From an uncultured Gemmatimonadota bacterium (GTDB lineage: Bacteria; JAAXHH01): a stretch of 64,000 nt of DNA. A program made the translations under genes and the position numbers. Where the stretch lies: positions 1,536,001 through 1,600,000 of the forward strand of contig OX638340.1 of assembly GCA_951812955.1 (NCBI GenBank), read 5' to 3'. Shown here piece after piece: positions 9,511-20,318 of the stretch. The first letter of the stretch is position 1. Each line of letters opens with the position of its first letter. A model generated the notes under the pieces. The model worked only from the letters and a program-made list of their open reading frames with translations, did no database searches and was not told the DNA's origin.

Positions 9511-10971
9511 TTGCCCAAACAACCCAATATCGTCGTCCTGATGTCCGATCAGCAGCGACTCGACACGGTGAGTTGCTACGGGCTGAACGACGTGTGCCGA
9601 ACGCCCCACATCGACGCCCTGGCCGCGCGCGGCGTCCGCTTCGACTGGGCATTCACGCCGACGGCGATCTGCTCACCGGCCCGCGCTTCCTTCTACACAG
9701 GCCTCTATCCGCACAAGCACGGCGTTTCTGCCAACGGTCTGTGCCTGAACGAAGGCGTGCGCGGGGTAAATCACTACCTGGCGGATGCAGGTTACCGTTG
9801 CGGGTACGCCGGCAAGTGGCACGTGGACCAGGAGACCGGTCCGTCCGGGTATGGGTTCACCGGCAAGGATTTCATGGGCTACGGATTCCCCGGAGGCCGC
9901 CTGCTGCCAGGCCTGCAGTTTGGCGGCAGTCTGCACGGACACAATCATTATGCCGATTATCTGAAAGAACATGGATATGACCCGCCACCCACGGTCTCGC
10001 ACCGCTTTGTCGGCACCAATCCCTCCAATCAACGGCAGGAGATGTTCGCCCTGCACGAAGGGCCGGTGGAGTCGTGCATCGAGTATTTCGTCGCCGAAGA
10101 GGCCAATCGCGTCCTCGACGAGGTGGCCACCGGAGAGGAGCCCTTCTTTCTGTGGGCCAATTTCTGGGGGCCGCACAGCCCTTCGCTGGTCCCGGAGCCC
10201 TACTTTTCAATGTATGATCCGAAGGCCATTCCCGAACACCCGGGATACGCCGAGACTTTCGAGAATAAGCCCTACAGGCAGCAATTAATCGAGAAGCTTT
10301 GGGGGCTCGGCGACTATGGATGGGAGGGTTTTCAGGAAATAGCCGCGCGCTACTTCGGGCACTGCACGCTCATCGACGACATGGTGGGGCGGGTGGTGGC
10401 TCACCTGGAAAAACTGGGTGTGCTCGACGACACCATCATTGTGTATACCGCCGATCACGGAGACTGCCTCGGCGCGCACAAGCTGATCGAGAAGGGCGAG
10501 TTCATGTACGATGAGATCTACCGCATACCCCTCGTCATCGCCCATCCCGATTGCCAGGCGCCCGGCACGGCCTGCGACGAGTTCGTCTACCTGCACGAAA
10601 TCATGCTCTCATCGCTCGACGCCGCAGGGCTCGAAGTACCCGCCGAACTCGACGGCCAGTCCTTCCTCCCAGCCATCGAGGGACGACCCTTTTCGAACGG
10701 CCGGGAAGAAGTCTACTGCGTGTTCGACCGCCATTTCACCGTCGCCAACCAGCGCATGGTCCGTACCCGGAAGCATCAGTTCACCTTCAATTCGGCCGAT
10801 CCGGGTGAGCTCTACGATCTGCAGCGCGACCCCTACCAGCTCGACAACGTATACGGTAAACCGGAATATGAAACCGTGCGACAGGACCTGATGGGGCGGA
10901 TGGATCGCTACATGGAGGATTTGGGCGATCCGTTGCGCGGATGGTATGGGCGAATCAAGGGGGCGTATTAG
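9511..10971 (+). CDS. Sulfatase (Cys-type, formylglycine-dependent arylsulfatase family)
   Basis: TTG start with GAGAGGAG RBS. IVVLMSDQQR N-terminus and the C-S-P-A-R (CxPxR) formylglycine motif. No obvious signal peptide. Confidence 0.9.
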   Translation: MPKQPNIVVLMSDQQRLDTVSCYGLNDVCRTPHIDALAARGVRFDWAFTPTAICSPARASFYTGLYPHKHGVSANGLCLNEGVRGVNHYLADAGYRCGYAGKWHVDQETGPSGYGFTGKDFMGYGFPGGRLLPGLQFGGSLHGHNHYADYLKEHGYDPPPTVSHRFVGTNPSNQRQEMFALHEGPVESCIEYFVAEEANRVLDEVATGEEPFFLWANFWGPHSPSLVPEPYFSMYDPKAIPEHPGYAETFENKPYRQQLIEKLWGLGDYGWEGFQEIAARYFGHCTLIDDMVGRVVAHLEKLGVLDDTIIVYTADHGDCLGAHKLIEKGEFMYDEIYRIPLVIAHPDCQAPGTACDEFVYLHEIMLSSLDAAGLEVPAELDGQSFLPAIEGRPFSNGREEVYCVFDRHFTVANQRMVRTRKHQFTFNSADPGELYDLQRDPYQLDNVYGKPEYETVRQDLMGRMDRYMEDLGDPLRGWYGRIKGAY

Positions 10972-11092
10972 CCACTTCGTGGGTAGGTAAGGGCAGATCA
11001 AAGGGGCGTACAAGTAGGTTTGCGGGTGGTTCAGGTAGATAGGGGCGTATTAGTAAGCGTCAGTTGCGAAGTGGGACGCTAACCCAAGTGGT

Positions 11093-12007
11093 TCAACCAG
11101 ATTCCATCTCCTGCGCCCATTTTCTCAGAGGAACATCGTCCAGGTTATCCGAAAGCCAGTGCCGGGAGGCAGGATGAAAGTCCGGATCCGGACCCATCGG
11201 ATCACCTTCTGGAGACAGGGCACCCAGCAACTGCCGCCGGATCGGTGAGCTTCTTTCGATGAGTGCGGGATCCTGCACGTCGAAGTCGGTGGGCCGAAGC
11301 CAGCGGTAGTGGTATCCCACGTGCATGATCTTTCGCGTCTTTCGCGACAGGTTCGGGCCGACGCAGTGCCATACCGCTGTACGCCACAACACCGCCGAAC
11401 CGATGGGCAGCTTGAGTTCGACCGCACCTTCCGGATCGACCCCATTTTCCCGCCCGAACAATTCGACGGGCCTGCGTCGATGGCTGCCCGGCACCAGCCA
11501 CAAGTTGCCGCAGTTGGATTCGGTCATGTCGTACAGCACATAGAAGACCTTGACCTCCATGAACGGTAGGCGTCCATCCAGAGAAGGCGCCATAAACAGG
11601 TCATCGCTCGCCAGGTCGGGATGCCACCCGACATTGCGGTATCCTGCCTCGTGGTCCTCGCCCTTGCCGACACCCGAAATGCGGTCCTTCAGGTCCTCCG
11701 GATAGGGAGGCCGAACGTCCAGGTGCGTGGTCCGGATCTGGATATTCCAACCGATTGAGTCCACCACTAAAGGCAATATACGCGGATGATCGATGAGGTC
11801 GAGAAAGGCCTCGTGATGCGCCAGGGCATTTCGCACCGCAAAGGGTTCATCGGATCCCAGGCCTGTCTTCGACCGAATCCGGTCGCCAACCTCGTCGATG
11901 GCCCGGAGTAGGCGGTCAAGTTCCGGTTGGTCAAAGAATTTGTCGAGGACGACAAAGCCTTTATCGTCAAAGTCTTTGGCTTGTTGGGGTGTCATTGCGA
12001 GGGGCAT
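11093..12007 (-). CDS. Phytanoyl-CoA dioxygenase (PhyH) family Fe(II)/2-oxoglutarate-dependent oxygenase
   Basis: PhyH-like N-terminus (FxxxGFVVL) with a double-stranded beta-helix core (WHPD... H...). Confidence 0.75.
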   Translation of the reverse strand: MPLAMTPQQAKDFDDKGFVVLDKFFDQPELDRLLRAIDEVGDRIRSKTGLGSDEPFAVRNALAHHEAFLDLIDHPRILPLVVDSIGWNIQIRTTHLDVRPPYPEDLKDRISGVGKGEDHEAGYRNVGWHPDLASDDLFMAPSLDGRLPFMEVKVFYVLYDMTESNCGNLWLVPGSHRRRPVELFGRENGVDPEGAVELKLPIGSAVLWRTAVWHCVGPNLSRKTRKIMHVGYHYRWLRPTDFDVQDPALIERSSPIRRQLLGALSPEGDPMGPDPDFHPASRHWLSDNLDDVPLRKWAQEMESG

Positions 12008-12095
12008 GGGGTCCTTCTCCGCGAACTAGTCAAGGCAATGGACATTTCACCAAACTAACCAACCTGGCTAACCGCCTGCTATTAAAACGATTTCG

Positions 12096-13196
12096 TTACC
12101 TTGCCAGCCACGTGCTGAAGCGCTCGTTCATCTCTTCGCCGTTGTCGCTCCACCATTCCCAGTCGTTATGCAGGGCGCGGACCACATTCTCCGGGGCCGT
12201 GGGCATGTGCGGTTTCATGTCCACGCCCGTCTCGGCATGGGTAGAGATCAGCGGCATGGCGGAGCGGCGCGTCGGACTGTAGGCGATGTACCGGCCAAGA
12301 TCAGCCATTGACCGGGCGGTTGAAGCGAATTTGAGAAAACGGATTGCGGCTTCGAGGTTGCGCGTGCCCTCGACGATGCCATAGCCGCTCGTATTCAGGA
12401 TCTGGCTGTCCCAGAGGATGACGAAGGGTTGTCCCTCGAGTACCTGGGCATTGAAGATGCGGCCGTTGGCTGCCGTGGTCATCGTCACCTCGCCATCGGC
12501 CAGCATCTGCGGGGGGTAGGCAGCGGTCTCCCACCAGACGATGTGCTCCTTGATGGTGTCCAGTTTGCGGAACGCGCGGCGAACACCTTCCTCGGTGTCA
12601 AGCGTGGTATACACCTCTTCGTGCGGCACGCCGTCCGCCATGAGCGCGAACTCAAGATTGGCCACGGGCGTACGTTTCATACCCCGCCTGCCCGGAAACT
12701 TTTCCAGGTCGAAGAAGTCGGCTATAGTGGCGGGTTTCACGTCGCCAATCCGCTCGTCGTTGTATGCGATCATCCTCGAAAAGAAGATCTTGGTAACGCC
12801 GCATTCCGTGACCGTACCCTCGACGAAATCATCCGCCGCGGGCGTACCATCGGCACCCGGTGGCAGATCGACGACGTTAATAGGAACGAGCAACCCTTCG
12901 TCGCAACCCCGGACGAGATCGGGCATGTTCAGATCAACCACATCCCAGTACACATTTCCCATCTCCACCTGGGCGCGGATTTGCGCCAAACCCCCGGTGA
13001 AGTCCTCCAAGTTGATGTTAATGCCTGTTTCCGCTTCGAATCGTTCGTGGTAGCCTTTGTCACAGGCGCGGGCGTAAGAGCCGCCGTAGCTGACTACGGT
13101 GAGGGGTTGGGCTTGGGCTGTGACACGACCTGGGAATAGTGAGATCAGTATGATCGCCAGCGTCCCATACAACCCATTACAAATCCATCTTATCAT
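12096..13196 (-). CDS. ABC transporter periplasmic substrate-binding protein (PotD/PotF-like SBP family); no ABC permease or ATPase adjacent
   Basis: Signal peptide, followed by a periplasmic-binding-protein fold of typical size. Confidence 0.65.
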   Translation of the reverse strand: MIRWICNGLYGTLAIILISLFPGRVTAQAQPLTVVSYGGSYARACDKGYHERFEAETGININLEDFTGGLAQIRAQVEMGNVYWDVVDLNMPDLVRGCDEGLLVPINVVDLPPGADGTPAADDFVEGTVTECGVTKIFFSRMIAYNDERIGDVKPATIADFFDLEKFPGRRGMKRTPVANLEFALMADGVPHEEVYTTLDTEEGVRRAFRKLDTIKEHIVWWETAAYPPQMLADGEVTMTTAANGRIFNAQVLEGQPFVILWDSQILNTSGYGIVEGTRNLEAAIRFLKFASTARSMADLGRYIAYSPTRRSAMPLISTHAETGVDMKPHMPTAPENVVRALHNDWEWWSDNGEEMNERFSTWLAR

Positions 13197-13793
13197 TTTT
13201 GTTCCAGCCAGAGCATTTCGAATTAGGCTATGACTAAAGTGTGGATTTCGTTTGTGACTAGGTATGAGGTATGGTTATGAATCTTACACAGACCGAGTCG
13301 TCAGTTTTATCTATAAGGTATCTACGGTGAAATGCAATCTACATTTACTGGAGAATGCCAGAAGGAATCAAATCAAAGAGCCATGTATCAAGCATCAAGA
13401 AATTGTGGCGTAGGAACGTGGATCTGAATTGAATACGTCAATCGTGTACAAAATGACAGTCGGAATACTCAATAGCCGTATCCCTGGTAAAAATCATCAT
13501 CGTTAACCTATAATGTGAAAATTGACAACCATGTCGTCATAAAACTATGAAATCTTACAACATGGTATACAAAATACGTAATACCAACCTAGCCGATCGC
13601 TTGCTCCGAACATCACCCAACCGTTTGCCCAACATTCCCCGCAACTACGCAGATCAGCGCATTAGCGTGCATGCAAAATATCGATATTTATACGGATAGT
13701 TTACGAGATTATTGCTATTCCCCCGACTGGTATGATACATACCTTGTGTAGTATGAGCATGCTGGTGATATCTCATCAAAGGAACCAAGTAGA

Positions 13794-14027
13794 ATGGAAC
13801 TCGCGCAGCTACTCATCACGCCAGGCACACTGCTGACGGCCTTCATCTTCTTCTGGAAACAGGCCAAAACCGGCAGGGACGAAATGAGGCGGGAATTGAA
13901 GGCAGATATGAAGGAATTGAAGGACGAGTTAAAGGTAGAAATAACTTCCGTCCAGACAGAAGTGCACGATATGAACGGACGTCTCGGCCGCGTCGAGGGC
14001 TTGCTGAAGGCAACGGGCTCCGGTTGA
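13794..14027 (+). CDS. Small hypothetical protein (N-terminal TM helix plus a charged coiled coil) inside an AT-rich island
   Basis: 77 aa ORF with a GGAACCAAG-type RBS region. No recognisable family. Confidence 0.3.
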   Translation: MELAQLLITPGTLLTAFIFFWKQAKTGRDEMRRELKADMKELKDELKVEITSVQTEVHDMNGRLGRVEGLLKATGSG

Positions 14028-14188
14028 TTGCGGCAGAATTGCCGACGCATCGTGGTTTATCTAATGGAACCCGTTATGCTCGCCGAAGAAGATATCGAAG
14101 CCCGGCCGATTGCGCGATTCTCAGATCTGCCGGATTCCAATGATCTGTGGCCATAGAGCATGTTGAGGTGCCGTGATGGTCAATCGCA

Positions 14189-14689
14189 CTACTTTCCATT
14201 CGCCTTCCAATAATCCGCCAGCGCCCTGCCTTTGATCTCCCTAAGTGAATCTCTCATTTTCTGTCTACCGGCTTCGTCATTGGTCACGACACCGAAAGTG
14301 CTGTAGTCGCCGGGCTCCATGTGCATCCTGACGAAAACGCCTTCAGCGTGCGACTCGAATCGTACAAAGTGACCGAACGCGATATTCATGTCGTAGACGT
14401 ATCCCTGAAGCTCGCCCGCGCTATTCTCGTTCTCGATGCAGTATATGTTGACATACAACACCAGTTCATCGAAATCCCACGATCTCTTGCGATTGATCCC
14501 CGCTTTTTCCAACTCGCTATCCACGATCGGTTCGAGGTTCCATCCGCATTGGGTATCCTCATGAAATTCAACAAACAGCTCGTCGGGTTTTTCGTTCTTA
14601 AGGTGGGAAAGATCCACTTTTGACTGAGCCCGCGCGTTGTATGTGAAAACCAGAACGCAGGTGGCTAACGACATTAGCAGGTATCTCAT
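14189..14689 (-). CDS. Secreted hypothetical protein
   Basis: Signal peptide MRYLLMSLATCVLVFTYNARAQ. Lower GC than its neighbours. No recognised domain. Confidence 0.45.
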   Translation of the reverse strand: MRYLLMSLATCVLVFTYNARAQSKVDLSHLKNEKPDELFVEFHEDTQCGWNLEPIVDSELEKAGINRKRSWDFDELVLYVNIYCIENENSAGELQGYVYDMNIAFGHFVRFESHAEGVFVRMHMEPGDYSTFGVVTNDEAGRQKMRDSLREIKGRALADYWKANGK

Positions 14690-14934
14690 ATAGTCATGCC
14701 CTTTCCAAGGGTTGGTTGTTCTAAATTCGACTGCAACAGGCCACCTGTTTTACATCAAGGTAGCTGTTGACGAAAATGCGTATGTGAAGTGGTGTTATAT
14801 TGCGATGGTTTGAATATACATTCTGGTATTCTTTGCGTCAGCTCAGATTCTACCTGGTTTCCCCTACCAGACCTGCTTTAGTCCAGCCTTGTTTCTCCCC
14901 AGCCTGGCTTCCTATCAGACTGCTTCCTGCTTGC

Positions 14935-16428
14935 CTAGCTCCCCGCCAGCTTCTCCCTAAGCAACTCGTTCACCAGCTTCGGATTCGCCTTGCCCTGGGT
15001 CGCGCGCATGACCTGACCCATGAAGAAGCCCAGGAGTTTGGTCTTGCCGGCCCGGTATTCGGCCACGTCGTCGGGATGTTCTGCGAGGATGCCGTCGACC
15101 ACCCCTTCGAGCTCTCCGGTGTCGGAGATCTGCACGAGTCCCTGTTCCTCGATGACCTCGGCCGGGGCTTGGCCGGTTTCCGCCATGGTGTCGAGGACGT
15201 CCTTGCCAATCTTGCCGCTGATCTTACCATCTTTGATCTGTGCGAGAAGCTGGGCAAGGTGAGTGGGAGGTATGCGTTCTTGCAGGGTTGCCTGGTCCAT
15301 GCGGCTTTCGTGCTGAACCCGAAGCAGTTCGCTGAGCATCCAGTTACTGACCGCCCGCGCATCGCCGGATGCCTGGCTGGCTGTATCGCCGGACCCTTCG
15401 CCGGTTACATGGCCGACGCAGGCTTCGAAATAGTCCGCCCGTGTCCGGTTTTCCGTCAGTTGCCGCGCCATGTCCGGCGGTAGTCCGTATTCGTCGACGA
15501 AGCGCTGCATACGCACGTCCGGGAGTTCGGGCAGGTCTTCGCCGATATCGTCGACCCAGGTCCGAGCGATTTCGACAGTAACGAGGTCAGGATCGGGGAA
15601 GTACCGGTAGTCGTGGGCTTCCTCTTTCGACCGCATGGGAAAAGTCTCCCGTGCTTCCTCGTTCCACAGGCGAGTCTGGCGCACGACCCGTCCTCCGTCG
15701 TCAAGCACTTCGGCCTGCCGTTCGATCTCGAACTCCAGCGCGCGCTCCATGGAACGCATAGAGTTCATGTTTTTAATCTCGACGAGTTCGCCCAGGGGAT
15801 CGCCGGGTTTGCGGATGGAGATGTTGGCGTCGCATCGCAGGCTGCCTTCTTCCATGTTGCCGTCGCAGACGCCGATGTACTGCAGAATCTGCCGCAACCG
15901 GGCGAGGTAGGCCGAGGCTTCGCGGGGGCTGCGGATATCGGGTTCGCTGACGATCTCCATGAGCGGCACGCCTGTCCGGTTGTAATCGATGTAGCTCAGA
16001 TCGGGATCGTAGCCGGGCTCGTTGTGGATGGATTTGCCGGCTTCCTCCTCAAGGTGGATCCGCCGAAGCCGGACGAATCGGGGGCCGTCTTCGCCCTCGA
16101 TTTCGACGCCGCCGTACAGAGAGATGGGCTCGCCCGCCCGGTCGTACTGCGAGATCTGGTAACCCTTGGGCAGGTCCGGATAGAAGTAGTTTTTGCGTGC
16201 GAAGGCGCTGGTCTCCGCCACTTGACCGTCCACGGCTAGCGCCATGCGAATGGTGTATTCCACGGCACGACGGTTCAGGACGGGCAGGACGCCGGGCATG
16301 CCGAGGCAGATGGGGCAGACCCGGGTGTTGGGCTCGCCGCCGAATGCCACGGAACATCCGCAAAAGATCTTCGAGTTCGTCAGGAGTTGGGCGTGCACTT
16401 CCAACCCGATTACGGCTTCGTAGTTCAT
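14935..16428 (-). CDS. gatB: Asp-tRNA(Asn)/Glu-tRNA(Gln) amidotransferase subunit B
   Basis: [16 protein letters not shown]-terminus at an internal ATG (16428), which overlaps the gatA stop as ATGA. The track ORF extends upstream spuriously. Confidence 0.9.
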   Translation of the reverse strand: MNYEAVIGLEVHAQLLTNSKIFCGCSVAFGGEPNTRVCPICLGMPGVLPVLNRRAVEYTIRMALAVDGQVAETSAFARKNYFYPDLPKGYQISQYDRAGEPISLYGGVEIEGEDGPRFVRLRRIHLEEEAGKSIHNEPGYDPDLSYIDYNRTGVPLMEIVSEPDIRSPREASAYLARLRQILQYIGVCDGNMEEGSLRCDANISIRKPGDPLGELVEIKNMNSMRSMERALEFEIERQAEVLDDGGRVVRQTRLWNEEARETFPMRSKEEAHDYRYFPDPDLVTVEIARTWVDDIGEDLPELPDVRMQRFVDEYGLPPDMARQLTENRTRADYFEACVGHVTGEGSGDTASQASGDARAVSNWMLSELLRVQHESRMDQATLQERIPPTHLAQLLAQIKDGKISGKIGKDVLDTMAETGQAPAEVIEEQGLVQISDTGELEGVVDGILAEHPDDVAEYRAGKTKLLGFFMGQVMRATQGKANPKLVNELLREKLAGS

Positions 16429-17945
16429 GGCCGCGTCGCCTCCTCGAAGGCATACGCCGCGCGTAGAATCCGCTCCTCCCCGAAGTGGGGACCGATGATC
16501 TGCAGTCCTATGGGCATTCCGTCGGCGTCTTGGCCGCAAGGAAGGGAGATGGCCGGCACGCCGGCGAGGTTGATGGGCACGGTGTAGATATCCTGTAGAT
16601 ACATCTGCAAGGGATCGTCGATCTTCTCGCCGATCCGGAACGCGGTTGTGGGCGTAGTAGGCGCCACCATGAGATCGACCTTTTCGAATGCCTGGTCAAA
16701 GTCTCCCTTGATGAGCGTCCGTACGCGCTGGGCCTTATCATAGTAGGCGTCGTAATATCCGGAGCTGAGGACGTAGGTACCGAGCATGATGCGGCGCTTC
16801 ACCTCGAGGCCGAATCCCTCGCTACGGACCGAGCCGTACATGGCCTCCAGGCGGTCTTCAACCGGGATTTGCGTCGCTGCGCCAGTTCCCGGCGCACCGG
16901 TATTCCCGCCAACTTCTGCATTGTTTTCCGCTCCACCATCCTCACCCCGGTACCCGTACTTCACCCCGTCATAACGCGCCAGGTTGGAGGAGGCTTCGGC
17001 CGTTACCAGGATGTAGTACGTGGCCACGGCGTACTCGGTGTGCGGCAGGTGGACGCGCTCCACGCGGGCGCCGAGCGCTTCCATGCGTTCGATCGCGCGG
17101 CCGACGCTTTCCTTCACGGTGGCGTCCAGCCCCTCTGCCAGGTATTCATCGGGCACGCCGATGCGAAGGCCTTCTATGCCCTGCTTCAGGGTTGCCGTGT
17201 AATCCGGCACCGCTTCCGGTGACGACGTGGTATCCATGGCGTCGTGACCCGCGATGACGCCCAGGAGCGCCGCGCAGTCTTCCACGTTACGTGCCATGGG
17301 GCCGACCTGATCGAAGGACGATCCATAGGCGATGATACCGTAGCGGGAGACCCGCCCGTAGGTGGGCTTGAGTCCCACGACACCGCAGAAGGCCGCGGGC
17401 TGGCGTATCGAGCCGCCTGTGTCCTCGCCCAGGGCCAGGACCGCCGTGCCCGCCGCCAGGGCCGCGGCGGATCCGCCACTTGAACCGCCCGGTACGCGGG
17501 AGGTGTCCAGCGGATTCCGGCAGATGCCGAAGCCGGAGTTCTCGTTGGAAGACCCCATGCCGAACTGGTCCATGTTGGTCTTGCCGACGATCACGGCATC
17601 CGCCTGTCGCAGCCGGGCGATGACCGTGGCGTCATAGGGCGGTACAAATCCTTCCAGGATCCTGGAGGCGCAGGTGGTTTCCAAACCCTTCGTGCAGATG
17701 GCGTCCTTGATGGCGATGGGTACGCCGGCCAGCGGCCCGGTGGGTTCGCCGGCGGCGACTCGCCGGTCCACGCCCCTTGCGTCCTCGATCACCGATTCGG
17801 GCTGGACCGCGAGGTAGGCGTTTATAGCGGGGTCCTTCTCATCGATGAGGCGCAGGACTTCCCTGGCCGCCTCTTCCGCCGTCACTTCGCCGGACTTGAT
17901 CCGCGGCGCCAGTTCATGAGCCGCCATTTCGTTAAGGTGTTCCAA
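16425..17945 (-). CDS. gatA: Glutamyl-tRNA(Gln) amidotransferase subunit A (amidase signature family)
   Basis: Amidase signature [14 protein letters not shown]. The start may instead be ATG 17927 ([15 protein letters not shown]). No gatC seen in the window. Confidence 0.9.
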   Translation of the reverse strand: MEHLNEMAAHELAPRIKSGEVTAEEAAREVLRLIDEKDPAINAYLAVQPESVIEDARGVDRRVAAGEPTGPLAGVPIAIKDAICTKGLETTCASRILEGFVPPYDATVIARLRQADAVIVGKTNMDQFGMGSSNENSGFGICRNPLDTSRVPGGSSGGSAAALAAGTAVLALGEDTGGSIRQPAAFCGVVGLKPTYGRVSRYGIIAYGSSFDQVGPMARNVEDCAALLGVIAGHDAMDTTSSPEAVPDYTATLKQGIEGLRIGVPDEYLAEGLDATVKESVGRAIERMEALGARVERVHLPHTEYAVATYYILVTAEASSNLARYDGVKYGYRGEDGGAENNAEVGGNTGAPGTGAATQIPVEDRLEAMYGSVRSEGFGLEVKRRIMLGTYVLSSGYYDAYYDKAQRVRTLIKGDFDQAFEKVDLMVAPTTPTTAFRIGEKIDDPLQMYLQDIYTVPINLAGVPAISLPCGQDADGMPIGLQIIGPHFGEERILRAAYAFEEATRP

Positions 17946-18088
17946 TGGTTACTCCCGCTTCATAGATCGACCGTGCTTACTCGACGCTTCCAAACCAATG
18001 CCAAAGTTGCTACTCGCCGAACGAGCAATTCTATTCAACGAACGCGCAACCAGCCAAGTATTGCGCTCGTCGGCGGACGACCAAACCT

Positions 18089-19912
18089 TTACCGCGCGAT
18101 CAGCAGGGTCACGCGTTGGGGTTCGGTGCCCGGCAGTTCCATCGGTGCTCCGTGCGCGTCCCGCTTCGTGAACGGGTGGTGCATGACGATATCCTGGCGC
18201 CCGTCCCTGTTCAGGTCCGTCATCCAGGCGTATTCCCCGTCGTTGGGCAATTCGACCGTCACCTTCTTTGGCTGCGCGGCGAACAGTTCCGGCCCGGGCA
18301 CGCCGGCGAAAACATGCAATTCTCGGTGGGTCCACTCGACCAGTAGGTCCAAGCGGCCGTCTCCCGTCACGTCCCCGATGAACAGGTTCTTGTTGAACGC
18401 ACGCCGGTAATCATCGCGGTCGTTGCGGAGCGCATGCCTGCCACCCATGAGCACGATGTCCAGGGGAACCCAGCCCGGTTCCCGCGGGCTCGGGGCGCCG
18501 TCCAGCTGGATGCGCCGTGTTGCGTTGGGCCGATCGGGGACGCTTCCCGCTTCCATCCTGTAGAAGGCGAGATTCAGCCAGACGTCGTCTCCCATGAAGC
18601 CCTTGATCCGTTTGAAGATACTGTTTTCGAGGTACTTTTTATCGATCGAGGTGACGACCAAGCCAGGTTCGCAGTCTCCGCCAAAATCCAAACGTTCCAT
18701 GGCGAGTTGGATGTTGCTTTCGGACTGAATCGCAATGTCAACACCGGATGCGAATCGAACGCCGCCGTTGGATCCGCGCGCTCCGAAGTGCACTTCGTAA
18801 GCAGATCGTTTATCGTCAATCTGTACACCCTCCAGGCTGTAGATCACCATGTCCGCTATGCCGTCCCTGTTCATATCCGTGAAGGAATGCAGCACCCTGC
18901 CCGTCATGGCTCCCGTTGCCAGTACGGTAAAATCATCGGAGTCGAAACGCACATCGGCCGTGAAGGTCGAGGGATCGGGGTCGAAAAATCCCTGGCCGCC
19001 CTGGAGATGTGCTTCGAAGCGGTCTCCGTTCCAGGACACCAGGTCGACGCGGCCGTCGCCGTTGTAATCGAATCCGTGAATCCGGCTCACGCTCCAGGGA
19101 TCGTAACGGTATCCGTCGGCACCCAGGATCGGGTCCAGGTCGGCGGGGGGACCGGTGACCACCGGATCGGCGAATGCGCCGCTTACCGTCTGCACGAATA
19201 CCTTGAATCCTTCGGCGCCGGGCACGACCAGGTCGACCCGGCCATCGCCGTTCACGTCCCGGGTGACGTCCACGTGCGGCACCTCACCCTGGTGGGGCGT
19301 TTTAAAACTGGTCGTAACGGACACGAGTTCGTATTCAGTCGCCGAATCCGGATCCCACGCATTGAGCCGGCCCGGTTCGCCGGTGATCAGACGATCGCGG
19401 TCTCCAATACGGGCAATGTCGACGAAGGTCACGCCGGGACGCAGCCGTGCATCCATCCGCATCTTCCAGGTTCCGCCTGTCCGCTGCGGCGAGCGCTTCA
19501 CGTTTCCTTCCGGTCGTTCGCCATTCCGGATTCCTTCATCCATCCCGGTACCTTCTTCGAAAGCAAAAACTTGCACACGACGGGCGCCGTCCTCTTCGAT
19601 CTGCACCACCGCCAGATCCGCCACGTCGCCACCCAGCAGGAATCCCGTCAGCACCGTCTGTCGCAACGCCGGACCGATGTCGATGAAATGGCGGTCAAAA
19701 GTGTACTCGGCAGATTGCGCGTCGGCACGGCTCAAGACATCGACCTGGCCCTGCGCGTCGGTGCTGCCCGGGTCAAGGGCGATTAAAACCACAACCATTA
19801 ACACAAGGAGCGACAACCGGGCTAGCAATCCGGCGCGACGCGGCTGGGGATCGTGTGTCGGAGGTATTGGATTGCGGATGGGAGTTGAGCGGCTGGAAAG
19901 TGGATTCGTCAT
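18089..19912 (-). CDS. FG-GAP / VCBS-repeat secreted protein (integrin-alpha-like beta-propeller)
   Basis: N-terminal hydrophobic anchor. Repeated Ca-binding-like motifs DVNGDGRVDLV, DYNGDGRVDLV, DMNRDGIADMV, DVTGDGRLDLLV and DLNRDGRQDIVM. Confidence 0.75.
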   Translation of the reverse strand: MTNPLSSRSTPIRNPIPPTHDPQPRRAGLLARLSLLVLMVVVLIALDPGSTDAQGQVDVLSRADAQSAEYTFDRHFIDIGPALRQTVLTGFLLGGDVADLAVVQIEEDGARRVQVFAFEEGTGMDEGIRNGERPEGNVKRSPQRTGGTWKMRMDARLRPGVTFVDIARIGDRDRLITGEPGRLNAWDPDSATEYELVSVTTSFKTPHQGEVPHVDVTRDVNGDGRVDLVVPGAEGFKVFVQTVSGAFADPVVTGPPADLDPILGADGYRYDPWSVSRIHGFDYNGDGRVDLVSWNGDRFEAHLQGGQGFFDPDPSTFTADVRFDSDDFTVLATGAMTGRVLHSFTDMNRDGIADMVIYSLEGVQIDDKRSAYEVHFGARGSNGGVRFASGVDIAIQSESNIQLAMERLDFGGDCEPGLVVTSIDKKYLENSIFKRIKGFMGDDVWLNLAFYRMEAGSVPDRPNATRRIQLDGAPSPREPGWVPLDIVLMGGRHALRNDRDDYRRAFNKNLFIGDVTGDGRLDLLVEWTHRELHVFAGVPGPELFAAQPKKVTVELPNDGEYAWMTDLNRDGRQDIVMHHPFTKRDAHGAPMELPGTEPQRVTLLIAR

Positions 19913-19924
19913 TTCGTCAGGGCA

Positions 19925-20200
19925 CTAGTACCAGCGATAGTAATAGGTGGCGAAACCGATACCGAGGATGCTAATGACGTTCACTTTCAGCGTGAAACCG
20001 AACGTGATGGAGAATATCACAAAGGGCAGTGTGGCCGGGGGGAAGGTATAGATGAACGCTTCCAGGAAGAACTTTTCCACCATGCTGCCGGGCATGAAAT
20101 ACTCAAGCAGCAGTCCGATCAGTTCGCCGAGCAGTCCGCCGAGGATGGCCCCCACCAGGATATAAAGCGCCAGTTTAGCGATCTTCTTAGATTGCGCCAT
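19925..20200 (-). CDS. Small two-TM membrane protein (hypothetical)
   Basis: Internal ATG at 20200 (MAQSKKIAKLALYILVGAILGG...). The longer track ORF upstream is Trp/Arg-rich and unlikely to be coding. Confidence 0.5.
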   Translation of the reverse strand: MAQSKKIAKLALYILVGAILGGLLGELIGLLLEYFMPGSMVEKFFLEAFIYTFPPATLPFVIFSITFGFTLKVNVISILGIGFATYYYRWY

Positions 20201-20318
20201 TAAAGGGTCTCCCCGGGTGGTAATTGGTTTACTGCGCGTGCGTCGGTCAACTGGCCTCCCGGAAGTCTGGCGCGTGCGGACATGTCGGGTATTTCCATCC
20301 CACTTCCGCAGTCTCCTT

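Noticed and set aside
17946-18088. Looked for gatC upstream of gatA
   Set aside because: Only about 140 bp of non-coding DNA before the FG-GAP gene stop; no GatC-like ORF. gatC must be elsewhere.
18434-19786. 450-aa plus-strand ORF
   Set aside because: Antisense to the FG-GAP protein gene, which shows clear repeated FG-GAP motifs. No motifs in this frame.
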